Source: Amphiscolops sp. MND2022
Taxonomy: Eukaryota
DNA: 64,000 bases
NCBI GenBank assembly: GCA_964187785.1
Contig: OZ076409.1
Span: forward strand, 98,148,001 to 98,212,000
Direction of reading: 5' to 3'
Shown piece by piece: positions 10,301 through 21,159 of the stretch. Each line of letters opens with the position of its first letter. Position 1 is the stretch's first letter. The notes below the pieces were generated by a model. That model was not told the origin of the DNA. It searched no databases and saw nothing but the letters and a program-made list of their open reading frames with translations. Position numbers and translations under genes: made by a program.

Positions 10301-11399
10301 GGTGAGCCCATCCCTCTCGATTCTACACTTCGTGACCTCTAATGGGCCCCTTCAGGGTCCCACCTATCAATCAGTGATACACAGCTTTGCCAACTTGCGA
10401 CCTCCCATGGCATACACCATAATCAAAGACCGCCAACAAGTGGAGCACAACTATCTTACGTTGATCAAGGCGCGAGCACGCAGCTCGCTCCCTTTGCCAA
10501 TGGAAATCCACCCGGTCGTTTGGCTACATACCCCCCTCAATCCAAATAATGGAGCAGTGGCGACGTTTGACGGGTGGGACGTCCTGCGTATCTTGAGAGC
10601 GATTATCCAAAGATTGGGTGGTCGCCGAAAAGGAGAAGAACCTACTAGGTTATTATATCCCTATGCGTGTGACACTTCCAGAGTATATTGTGCAAGAGCA
10701 GAACCCCGTGAGCATACCGCCAGAATTTTAAATACCATTACGTGTTGGGCCCAGCCAGAACTCGTAGACCTCGCTATCCACCAGACCTTTCAACAGCTGC
10801 CAACGACCATTCCAACAGTAGCAAAAGAACCAAGCAGGAAAGATTTGCCCGTGAACACTGACGTTCCCAGCAACCCGCGTATGGCGCTAGAGATATTCGT
10901 GCGTCTGCATGGTCTCCAGCGAGAACGTACTCGAGCTGTGGGCGAAGAATACGCTAGGGGAATACGAACGTTCAAGCAGCTATTCACCCAACATGGTCAT
11001 CAAGAATTGGCGGACGGCCTGCCGAACTTGGAGTCAACCGAAGCCATCCCAGGGATCAGCGATTTGAGCGAAGCTGCCTCTGGCAGCTCTCGCACCGTCC
11101 TTCCCACACCCCACATCATTCAAGACACCGATGAATTATTGGTAGAAGGGGTACAAGACGATGTGCCAAGCGCCATGCCACCATCAGAGGAACCTATGAC
11201 TGACAACAACTTCACGCTCTCTGATGCCACTACTCCTGTAAGAGACGAAGTGGAGACCAATATCTCGAACATGGAGGCAGCGGACATAGAGTCAGAGCTC
11301 AACAACTTACTGACCATAGATGAAGAATACCAAAATACGGTGGACACCATGGGCAGCACTTCCATGCAAGAAGCCCCACAGAACCAGCTGTTGGAGTAA
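7323..11399 (+). CDS. Retrotransposon ORF2 of unknown function with SGNH-hydrolase-like region (~8703-9250); first ATG at 7323, frame open from 7275
   Basis: Uninterrupted ORF of >1350 codons between pol and the 3' LTR; RIAFFVDS / VRILNMPCTT / LLVYSNVID / VFMSPPG resemble degenerate SGNH blocks. Confidence 0.85.
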   Translation: MDPSARHRLPAPQNAARAQPSTRNDPPPMMSEIDGRVDQLALVQDTLLNGATPTMIAGFAMIIAQTQAQAEYPDVSFTITSRVGPIERSATFRDGTWQGYVLTHSLIDPRSHLVYGEPTRPPMDQERSLRISQSALQTQTTTPLPSPHPVQFSCTLPIMPPPVLTPPMPLASEGIRLLTTPSSTFLPPSTFQGGGVQVDNTTNATLSEEQPRRTVTFKDSYEELTQTSSRTESQVSEPLQVSEPASLVGFQMDPQFRERQREQQKAESKAANTVVDLREKIKAGKRAREATTQGRQSSSTSIPQPPSTSPTQPEIRRPRITHELLTHAEKRQLDITARDALRLQREIPTTTSPEDPLRQKFEIATGTGDLATRQKIEKATVGVLYNRPVKKPVFTRDGCPPWFNRMRAELERVNSTYMRVPDNFLRQRPGRFDEDRLRTKNYARDPITILPMGKDLLQKTRIAFFVDSTMKSSFNSHNTLMDVRILNMPCTTLNEMAEVTDKIFTQAGTETIPLPPLLVYSNVIDHLALRGTLEFFRPDHERFTEGFITDEVTNYVETMANIAQAMRRKKATTGTVFMSPPGYVHLPRTLHQFLYLIMEAAYARDLAFYIVAPNLRISNNSWRPCEASYPAFIAEVSKALQSYVGYRGNSQMIVDEATAFDYGMEMARRSLNERGDRIVNDPNESERNNLVDNLWFERRDESTIDEKTHEPKFHKELTSLMKETETIQGDRKNSSIFPIAQISLDAEPGQRSPTLAMLLILAQDIVRRNIQEPTHTYQTWHNQLREPLGQVADRLGITFPVFLHNISPFWLPSLVQAEYGLDEQRMRLYMEAMERATISEMLAYLMAVRLTMMYRGPSALIQKFVLNKGGSALFSFLVFSQNQRSWISALIETLDPAGSLKLKAQLDLNIQAILVWIYSTWVNVSGVMHPLDECPAINRDPNQLPGFLFPTQIATLMLVETEDLIPLIAPVIWPIFGAVMALRYPTQALRVAAVSPSLSILHFVTSNGPLQGPTYQSVIHSFANLRPPMAYTIIKDRQQVEHNYLTLIKARARSSLPLPMEIHPVVWLHTPLNPNNGAVATFDGWDVLRILRAIIQRLGGRRKGEEPTRLLYPYACDTSRVYCARAEPREHTARILNTITCWAQPELVDLAIHQTFQQLPTTIPTVAKEPSRKDLPVNTDVPSNPRMALEIFVRLHGLQRERTRAVGEEYARGIRTFKQLFTQHGHQELADGLPNLESTEAIPGISDLSEAASGSSRTVLPTPHIIQDTDELLVEGVQDDVPSAMPPSEEPMTDNNFTLSDATTPVRDEVETNISNMEAADIESELNNLLTIDEEYQNTVDTMGSTSMQEAPQNQLLE

Positions 11400-11982
11400 A
11401 GGAGTCCTCTGGACCCCCCAAGACCGTTGGAACACAATTAAGCATAAAGGACCTTATCATCAAAGCATTGATGCCAACTCTTGACTCTTGATTTTAGTTG
11501 TGCTACACCATCTTACTGGTGCTGAAAACTTTCGGTGCAATAAACCTTGATTTCTAAGTTTTGCTTGATGCATATTTTACTATGCTACCAATGCAACAAT
11601 GCAATATAGCTACATCCTCTGGGCGGGTCCCGGTTCGGTGCCCTCCCGTTTTGATTTGAATTTAAAACTTCTACTAAGCCCAAAAGTTGTTGTTACTCAC
11701 TTGGCCGCGCAGGGGTCCAATTTTAGAAAAAGAAATTTTAACTTGAACTGAGTGATTAGTGAAAAGATTTTTTTAAAAAAAATCCGACTGTAGAGTTTTT
11801 AACCTAGAAATCAGTGCTTTTTGAATTTGATGGCTTTAGAGTGCTAAACATGCAGTAGCGAAACGAAAAGAATAGTAATGTGAAATCAACATAGTCTTGA
11901 TGTAAGACCTTTTCTGTAAATCTCAGAGTACCCTTTGGGTGCGAGCATCCTCTCGTTTGCCGAGGACGACAAACTACGGCCC

Positions 11983-11990
11983 GGGGAGGA
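11983..11990 (+). promoter_or_regulatory. Polypurine tract (plus-strand primer)
   Basis: GGGGAGGA immediately 5' of the LTR start TGTAAC. Confidence 0.75.
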
Positions 11991-12708
11991 TGTAACGTCC
12001 ACCAGTCAACACCAAATTTTCGATGAAAAATTCGATCAAGAACCAGAAAATGTGCGAATCAAAATGGCCGACCTGGCAGGTCCTTGAAGCCCATAAAATG
12101 AAAGAAGAGAACACGTGAACAAGAAGAACGACAGGAGATGATAAAGAAAAGAAGCAAAACAACTGATGACATGAAGATCCACGCGGGACAGAATACGACG
12201 AACGCTACCCGGTGCTATGTCATCCCTGAGAAAGCAGAACCATTCTAGAAAGGCATGACTGGATCCCCGAAAATCAAAAAACAGTAACTGTATTTCCACT
12301 TGGGGCTTATCCCCTTTTGTTTTGTTAATTTATTATAATGCATTTTGTTATTTTCCCCATGTCTGACCTTCTAGGTCAGCATTTCAAGCCCATAACTGTC
12401 GAAATGACATTTTTCGGATAAACACCTTTTTGGACCTCGGAAGTATGTAGGAGATAGCAGGAACGCGCTAAAAACCTTAGGATTTGTTTTTACAGGCTTG
12501 TGGGGCGTGTCCGGACTTTGAGAGTGCCGGCACGTCGCCTCGGAGCTCTAACTAGAGGAGCCTCCTTAGACGTTAGAAAAGTCCCCCATGGAGACCATTT
12601 TGGGATCAAAAACTAGTGTTTAGGAGTGTAGTAAGACAACGGTCTCCTGTTTAAGCACCCTAGGCATTGTCCCTCTTCCTAGATGTGCGCCGCTAGCCGG
12701 ACGTTACA
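11991..12708 (+). repeat. 3' LTR (718 bp)
   Basis: Perfect 10-bp terminal inverted repeat TGTAACGTCC...GGACGTTACA, preceded by the polypurine tract. Confidence 0.9.
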
Positions 12709-12764
12709 TGTTGCTATTTTTGTGCCTTAGATATGGCGCCGACTTATGCCGTTCCTGGCTTGCT
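12709..12764 (+). repeat. 3' terminal fragment of a Helentron/HINE-like repeat abutting the Gypsy LTR
   Basis: TTAGATATGGCGCCGACTT..CCGTTCCTGGCTTG matches the family terminus. Confidence 0.7.
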
Positions 12765-12847
12765 TCCCTTTCTTAGGTTTGAGAATTATGTCAACACAAA
12801 ACTCATATCACAACAATGTAGTAGTAACGAACGAATAGCCTTTTTAG

Positions 12848-15800
12848 AATCGGAGATTACTGGATGAAAATGACGGCAGACCTTTTTTCCTGGGGACTCT
12901 CATCGAAATGATTGAACTGCACCAGCGATCTAATGGGTCAGAGGGTTTCGACTTCGAGACAGCTGTGGCGCAAGCTTTAGCATTCCTGTTGGCTGGTTTC
13001 GACACAACCTCCAACCTTCTGATGTGGGCGTGCTACTATTTCGCAATGTACCCACATTTTCAAGAAGAAGTCCGCGAAGAGATTGAAAATGTGTTGGGAC
13101 CAGGAGTCAAAAAGGCGCCCTATGAATCACTGGCATCTATGAAGCGCTTAGGTACAACTTTCAGGTTTAGGCCATGTTTTAGGCCACAGATTTCGGAACT
13201 TTTTCCTTTTCCCCCACACTTTTCAAGATGATGTTTTTGCAATTAATTATATCTCACTTGCGTTTCCAATGAAACAGTTCAGTTTTAAATTTATTCTCAG
13301 GGTGATAGTTTAGGATTCAGATACAAACTTTGTTCACACTTTTTCCCTATGCAGTTACGCATTTTTGATGAAGAAATCAACAGCTTCCTGTTTTGAGTCA
13401 TCAATAAACACTCAATACGAACATAATTATAGTCAAAATGCGTGATCAATGTTTTGTTCAAGCGGAAAACTACTCTAATAGTGTGGAGACAACAAAACAA
13501 AGGAAAAGACTTATTCGAAGAAATATTGAATGATATAGTCAAATATAATTCTTTATGTTGAGTGTGTTTTCTTTAAAAAGTGTGGGGGGGGGAAGGAAAA
13601 AGAGCCCAGATTTCCTCACCTAGGTTCTGTTTACCAAGTCGAAGTTCATTCGTTTTTGGAAAAAATACGGCTCTTGTTCTGAGAAAGTATTTCTTTGAAT
13701 CTCTCAACTTGTCAGAGTTTCATCAGAAATAATAACGCGTTTCTATTGGCTGTTAATCGAACGAGCAAGATCTTGCTAGTTCGTTGCGGCTTATGTATCG
13801 TAATGATGTCAGCCGCACGACGCCAACAACTCATATCAGGCGACATCTCATATCAATCAAAACTCATATCAGAAAATCAAAATCTACCTAGGAAAATTTA
13901 ATGTAAATAATAAATTAGATAATTAGAGAAAATTACTTAATTGATGAATAATTATTAGAAATAATGAAATAGTAACAAGATTCTATGGTAAATATCAATG
14001 TCATGGATAATCACTCCCTTATCACACCTTCATCCAAAAGAAAATAATCTTCAGTATAACGCAGAAAATGTAAAATATTTGCAAATGTTCTTTCGAATTG
14101 CGAGTAGTAGTTAATTGTACACTGTTCTGGAAGTTTGATTCAGGTATTTTTAACCTATTACCTAACCTTATATGAGTTGTCGCTTTTTCCTAATTGATAT
14201 AGGTTATCGCTTAATGAGTTGCCGCTTGATATGAGTTGTTGCTATGCCGTGTCAGCAAAGACCAGAAACGGTCAGAGGTCTTTAGGCCTGACCCCGTGTT
14301 TGCGTCCCTGAAAGTTATGGAAAACAGGTGTTGTTTATCAATGATATAGGTATCAATATTACAATACCCTAGATGAATCTGCTGGGAAGTTCCTCACGCT
14401 GCTTCCATGCATGCAAAAATAACTTTTCACAAAACATGGAAAATTCCAGAAGCCTGTTTGGAAAAACTTTGTAGAATTACAATCCAGTGTCCACTATTTC
14501 CACTTTTTCATCGTCCGACTGGACAAAAGACAAAAATCGAACGAGCAGGATCCTGCTAGTTCGTTACCGGCATGTGTCTCATAATGCTATCACTTTGATT
14601 TCACACTTTATTTTCTTGGAAATTCTACTTTAGTTCATTAATAACTGTTATTCAATTTGCACGCTGAAGCTTCAGATATAAAATTATATAAGATAATAGT
14701 TATCAATTTTATCAATCTTCATTTCCAGAAAACTTTCTGATGGAGACTCTACGGCTTCGACCGGTGATTCGAACCCAACGCCAGGCCGTCCGGGACACAA
14801 TAATCGGACCCGGGATACGCATCAAAGCAGGTACAATTTTCAACTTATTGAAAAAAGTGAATATAAAAGTTGTCCAGCTTGTCAGCTTCAAAATCGTTGA
14901 AACCATATTTGAACTTTCTCAGAAAAGTTACAGTGCTGATCGAAAGTCTGCAGCAAGGTAACGTAAAATTAGCACAGTGTAGTCCAGAACTAAACGACTG
15001 AAAACAATTTTTCTTTGGGGGGGGGGGGTCTTTCAAAGTCGCTCTCCACTGTACTTCCGGTTCGATATTTGCTACCATTAAGGCACACGACGCTAGTAAA
15101 AAACGTTCAAGCATTACTCAAGAATGTGTTTGAAAGCAATTTCATTCAAATTCGATGTAAGCTCACACAAAAACTCCAACATTGTTGCAATCTACAGATG
15201 AACGTTTCCCGAATAACGTTATTTCAAGGAAATGGGAAGTTTGGCAAACGATTGGAGATGGTTCTTGAAAAATTAAAAATTCATCAGAACAAAAACCAAC
15301 TGACCTTCCGGTTACGAGTCGAAAATTTAACTGTTTTTAGTAATACTGTAACGGCTGCTTGCCCTTATCCTGCGCTGAGGCTTGACAAGCTTTACGCCGC
15401 CCTGATCCGTTGCTTAGTACTGTGGACCATTACTAAACAATTCTTGGTTTTTCGTGTTTTAAAGGACTGTATCTTTTAACTGGTGGGTCCGATGTGACCC
15501 GTGGAATCTCCTGCGATCCCGCGTTGCACTGAATTGGATCCGATGTGATCCGTAACACACTTCCCTCACAGTATCTTCACGCGCTCCGGCTCTCCAACTT
15601 TGAGAGTAGCTACCTAGTCCCTCTAACTCTAGCGAAAAGTTGTGAAGATTGAGAAGTAGATTAATTAGTCTCGCGGTCCTGAGACCCAACTTGACTATAG
15701 CTAGTCAGTGGAGAAAATCTCTATCTTTTAATGGTATACATATGGTTTACAATTCTACAGTAAATATAAGCAGATATCAGTTGAAATATGTTGTATAAAT

Positions 15801-17408
15801 AAATGACATTTAAAGCATAAAATGAAGTTATTGGCTAAGTAAACAAACTATGTGGTGGTTTTGGCGGTGATTTAGAAAGTATGTTTACACAATGTAAACA
15901 TCATTAATTGCAACAGAGTTACATTTCCTTCAAGGTCATATGAGAAAATAATAATAATTAATACATCAAATTTGGGTAATTCATGGGGTCCAACCTAGGT
16001 CATTTTGGGTGTTAATAGCTCGGAACCCAGGGGAGATACGGGGTTGATTGTTCCTAGTGTAAAGTTAGGATAGCACCACCACTATATGTGTGCCGAGTTT
16101 CAAGGTGATTGATGAAGTGGTTCATCGGGATGACGGGGGGGGGATGGCCCTTTTTACACACGGCTAATTTTGCTAGAAGTTGCAAATTTCCAACCAAAAT
16201 CTTGATAAATTTTCTAAGAGTTTTGAGATATAAGTTTCATCAGTCACGTTCGAATTTGAGTTTCTGATCTCGCAATTGACTGGCGCCAACAAATACAGTG
16301 ACTAGTTTTTTTCCAAGCACCATTCAGAAATGTTCATTTTTACATCACAGTGACATCGAACACACGTTGGCTATGTTGCGCATACTGACTAGCGCGCGTG
16401 GTTGGGGAGCAAAGGTTCGTGGTTCGAATTCCTCGGTCTTCCAACTTTTTTTTGCAAATTTTCAATGGTCCTCGCTTGATGGTTTTGGAACAGTCCGTCC
16501 TTTTTTCCGAAACAATTAAAAAAATATATGCCTCGTTTGGGCTGCCCCTCGAATTTTTTGGTACTGTTCGAAACTTTTTAAAGGAAACTTTTTAGTGCAA
16601 TTTTTTGAAATCACTCATAAAGATGGTTGAAACTCTTTGCACCGACCTTAGATGGTCCCGTCTTGTTAATATTGTAAAGAAGGATCAGTTTGGTTCAGTA
16701 TGGGAAGGGAACCCGGAGTAACGAAAATGAAATTGTTTCGATAATTCTTCTCCAATCGCTTTGAAGTTTTTGCCATTATACTTCAGCAGAAAAAAATATT
16801 GAAAGACTTAGAACCTAAAGTAATAATTTTTGTATGAATTAAGGATCCGAACATGGCAGCAAGGTTTGGTTTTTCTGCCGATTGGGTTGATAACACCAAT
16901 AAGGGTCAGTTTATGTCAGAGCCTGTTCCGGTTCAGCGGTGGTACGACGCTCCATTTCGCTTCGTGCTGCCTTTTAGGGTAACTCTAAGCTTGGTTTGCA
17001 TATAAATCCATTTCCAATAACAAACATACTCATTACTGTTTAGACGTTCCTCTTTTCGATAGCTATTAATATTATTGTTTTTTAGGCTGGTCAGTTGACA
17101 TACCACCGAATGTGATTCACATGGACCCCAAAATCTGGGATGAACCAGAAGAATTCCGGCCCCAGAGGTTCGAGCCAGACGAAGCCAGCAAAAGGTCCCC
17201 ATACGCCTTCAATGCATTCGGAGTCGGGCCAAGGAACTGTATTGGGATGCGACTAGCTCTCATGGAGGCTAAAATAGCTGTCATTGGCCTGTTAACTGAC
17301 TACAGGCTAAATATGGGGAATGATACACCCACCAAAATAACTGAATTTGCTAGAAGCCAATTTTTTGAGCCCTTGACACCTATACGACTCAAACTATCGA
17401 AACGATAA
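12848..17408 (+). CDS. Cytochrome P450 gene 1 (CYP3-clan-like), last three exons only
   Basis: Exons 12848-13151 (I-helix AGFDTT), 14729-14830 (ETLR), 17086-17408 (PQRF, FGVGPRNCIG heme motif); GT-AG introns in compatible phases; exon sizes match the paralogues. Confidence 0.9.
13817..14251. mobile_element. MITE-like element with imperfect TIRs and AACTCATATC subterminal repeats
   Basis: CACGACGCCAACAACTCATATCA ... TGATATGAGTTGTTGCTATGCCGTG; no clean TSD. Confidence 0.5.
15347..15925. repeat. Dispersed repeat starting TGTAACGGCTGC (possible LTR), copy 1
   Basis: Highly similar to 63119-63710. Confidence 0.8.
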
Positions 17409-17605
17409 CTCGATTAAGTCGAACAGATTTTTTAATGGTACTTTTTTATGATGAATTAAGGATCTTTTGTGCGGATTTTTTTTTCTTTTTTTGTTTTCAC
17501 TCCATGTGAGAGACCGAGCTAAGCCCTTGAACTTAACCTCTACTGAAAAAGAGGTTGTTGACACATTTTTGATACATATTCACAAATAGGACTATATCAA
17601 GAATT

Positions 17606-17970
17606 AACAAGCCGGGATCGGCCCAAGTCGGCGCCATATCTAAGGTTCAAAAATAGCAAAAGGACTTCAAAGTGTCAGAGTATTGGTGAATTTGGGACCT
17701 TTTGGTGAAATTTCTGTTTGAAAAAAATCTCAACAATGCCAAAAAAAACTGAAAGGGGGACCTTTTGGGATTTTTCAACATCCATTCTGTCGCAAAACTC
17801 CAAAAAAATTGAAGGGGGCCATTTAATGTCGTCCGGTATTTTATGCTATGCCGGAAACGTTTTTGGTTCAGTTCCCTGGGCAAACAGGGGCAATTTAAAA
17901 TTTTGTAGAACTTTTGGTAGAACTATTTTGGTCATTTCAGGTGTACCGAAAAAATTCTGACGAAAAGCCA
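17606..17970 (-). mobile_element. Helentron/HINE-like non-autonomous element, truncated
   Basis: Family terminus CAAGCCGGGATCGGCCCAAGTCGGCGCCATATCTAAGG. Confidence 0.6.
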
Positions 17971-18290
17971 TTGAAACATGTTCCAATTGAAACATGTCAA
18001 AAATGGTTGAAAGATGATCATAGAGGTTTATATCACAATTAAATTCCGAAATTAGTTTAATTTTACTTTATTCAAGCCGTGGTGTATGATCACCATGTTT
18101 AGAATTATTTTTTATAATTTAAATCATATTTTAATTAGCATGAAATCAAAGCGGGGTCGTTATGGGTAAGTCTGATGAGCCCGTTTTTGTATAAGAATGA
18201 AACCCGGGCCTTCAAGTTGATGCACTACCTGAAAACAAAGTCGTTGAAGCTCAAAATCGAGCTCAATGACATTGTTCTAGCTTAACACTT

Positions 18291-20722
18291 ACAAGCCGGG
18301 AACGGCCCAAGTCGGCGCCATATCTAATGCTCAAAAATAGCAAAAGGACTTCAATGTGTCAAGTATTCTCTTCTGCAGTACCCGCGTGAGGAAAAAATTG
18401 AAAAAAAAATCCGAATTTTTTTTGAAGTTTTTTTCGAATTTTTTTTGGTCTCCGGTAAGTCGCATAGTGCCAAAAAATGTAAAAGGGGGCCTTTGGGAGT
18501 TTTTGAACATCCATTCTTTTGCAAAATAGGAACAAAATGAAGGGGGACTCTTTGGAGACATTTAAAAAATATGCAAAAAACAGTCTCACCAAGCCGAATC
18601 AAACCTGCAAATCCTTCTGTTGGCAGACATCAAAAGCTATCCTAATTAACCTCTATGCTAAGTGGCAGTAGTGAAAATTGTAAAAAGTGGACCATTCAGA
18701 GTGAGATTGTCAGCTGAAAAAGAAAAACAAGACGGGAACGTCCCAAGTCGGCGCCATATCTTAGGCTCAAAAATATTCAAGGAACAGCTATTGGAAATTT
18801 TTGGAAAAAAAAATTTTTTCAAAAAAATTATTTTTGATTTTTTTTTCGAAAAAAGTCTTTTTTAAGTCGCACAATGCCGAAAAACTCAAAAGAGGCCATT
18901 CAGGCTCATTCAACGTTTTCTACAAACCGAAAACTTCAAAAAAATGCAAGGGGGTACTCTTTGATAAAATTCGAAAATTTTCGAAAAAAGTCGCATAGTG
19001 CCGAAAAAAAACCCAAAGGGGGGACCCTTTGGTCTCACCTGTACTTTTGGAAGCATTAAAATCGGAAAATGTAAAAGGGGGCCTTTGGGAGTTTTTGAAC
19101 ATCCATTCTTTGGAAAAATAGGAAAAAATGAAGGGTGGGACCCTTTGGAGACATTTGAAAAATTTGCGAAAAAGTCTCACTAAGCCGAAAACAACTATTG
19201 GAAGCATCTGAAAAAAATATATATTTTTCGGTTAAAGTCGCACAGTGCCGAAAAACCCAAAAAGAGGTCATTTAGGCCCAATAAACGTTTTTTACAAACC
19301 GAAAATTTCAAAAAAATGCAAGGGGTACCCTTTGATGACATTCGAAAATTTTCGAAAAAAGTCGCAGAGTGCCGAAAAAAACCCAAAGGGGGGACCCTTT
19401 GGTCTCACCTGCTGTACTTTTGGAAGCATAAAAATATTATGGTTTAGTGCGAGAATCGAACTCCCGCTCTCCGGCTTCAGAAATTTAGTCGAAGATGAAC
19501 AACAGAACAGATAAACAAATTGTAAAAAGTGGACCATTCAGAGTGAGATTGTAAGCTTAAAAAGAAAAACAAGACGGGATCGTCTCAAGTCGGCGCCATA
19601 TCTAAGGCTCAAAAATATTCAAAGAACAACTATTGGAAACATTTGGAAAATTTTTTTTCAAAAAAAAATTTGAAAAAATTTTTTTCGAAAAAAAGTATTT
19701 TTTTAGAAAGTCGCACAATGCCGAAAAACTCAAAAAGAGGCCATTCAGACTCATTCAACGTTTTCTACAAACCGAAAACTTCAAAAAAATGCAAGGGGGT
19801 ACTCTTTGATAAAATTCGAAAATTTTCGAAAAAAGTCGCATAGTGCCGAAAAAAACCCAAAGGGGGGACCCTTTGGTCTCACCTGTACTTTTGGAAGCAT
19901 TAAAATCGAAAAATGTAAAAGGGGGCCTTTGGGAGTTTTTGAACATCCATTCTTTTGCAAAATAGGAAAAAAATGAAGGGGGACTCTTTGGAGACATTTA
20001 AAAAATATGCAAAAAACAGTCTCACCAAGCCGAATCAAACCTGCAAATCCTTCTGTTGGCAGACATCAAAGGCTATCCTAATTAACCTCTATGCTAAGTG
20101 GCAGTACTGAAAATTGTAAAAAGTGGACCATTCAGAGTGAGATTGTCAGCTGAAAAAGAAAAACAAGACGGGAACGTCCCAAGTCGGCGCCATATCTTAG
20201 GCTCAAAAATATTCAAGGAACAGCTATTGGAAATTTTTGGAAAAAAAAATTTTTTCAAAAAAATTATTTTTGATTTTTTTTTCGAAAAAAGTATTTTTTA
20301 AGTCGCAAAATGCCGAAAAACTCAAAAAAGGCCATTCAGGCTCATTCAACGTTTTCTACAAACCGAAAATTTCAAAAAATGCAAGGGGGTACCCTTTGAT
20401 AAATTTCAAAAATTTTCGAAAAAAGTCGCATAGTGCCGAAAAAAACCCAAAGGGGGGGCCCTTTGGTCTCACCTGTACTTTTGGAAGCATTAAAATCGAA
20501 CCCACGCTCTCCGGCTTGGTCGAAGATGGAAGATGAACAAATATGAAAGATGAACAAATTGTAAGAAAAGTGGACCACTCAGAGTGAGATTGTCAACTGA
20601 AAAAAAAACTACTCACTGTAAGAGTCGGGCTTTTTTCCTTAAGGGAAAAGGCGCCGACAAAAAAACTACTCACTGTAATAGTCGGGCTTTTTTTCCTTAA
20701 GGGAAAAGGCGCCGACTAAAAA
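18291..20722 (-). mobile_element. Head-to-tail tandem array of HINE-like units
   Basis: Family terminus recurs at ~18291, 18727, 19569 and 20162; near-identical blocks offset by 1436 bp; duplicated opposite terminus at ~20605-20722. Confidence 0.8.
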
Positions 20723-21159
20723 CAGATCTTTACCAACTCTGAGTATTGGTGGTACCAAATAAGCATACCATGCTAATGTTTCTGAGATTTCGCTAAAATT
20801 GCATCGTCCTAACTTGTTCAAGATGGCTGTCCGGTAGATACACGGTCAATTTGTTGCATGAAACTTGTTCTTGCCGCTGTATCCGCACGTTTATTGGCCT
20901 TTCGGATTTTGCTCGTAATATGTATTTGAGGTCTCTAAATTTAGTCTAAATGTGATCTCTCTCTATGAATCTTGCAGAGTTTCGAGTTTCCTTATCGTGT
21001 TTCTCAAATATTCTACTTCAATGGTACAATTGTTATCTGTAGTTTTGAACTGAAGTTTTAGAATTTGACGTCCAAATTAAGTTTTATGTCTTCACTATTG
21101 ATTTAACATTTCCTAATTGATTTATACCGTTGGTACTTACAAACTGGTATAAGTTTGCA

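Larger units (their letters stand above)
1..12708 (+). mobile_element. Ty3/Gypsy LTR retrotransposon (5' LTR and gag lie upstream of the window)
   Basis: PR-RT-RH-IN domain order in ORF 17..6991, second long ORF, purine-rich tract at 11983-11990, then a TG...CA LTR at 11991-12708. Confidence 0.95.

Noticed and set aside
7275..11399. ORF2 as a retroviral/errantivirus Env
   Set aside because: No signal peptide, no Cys-rich ectodomain, and no clear single C-terminal TM anchor
13..11437. Short overlapping and antisense ORFs within the retroelement
   Set aside because: Shadows of the long coding frames, with no recognisable motifs
16361..16442. tRNA gene (also ~49745-49800)
   Set aside because: Only a B-box-like GGTTCGA/GGTTCAA motif is present and no convincing cloverleaf; probably SINE-like debris
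17600..20722. Many short K/F-rich ORFs, and the array as a CRISPR
   Set aside because: The ORFs are translations of AT-rich non-coding repeats; units are long with no unique spacers, and the context is eukaryotic
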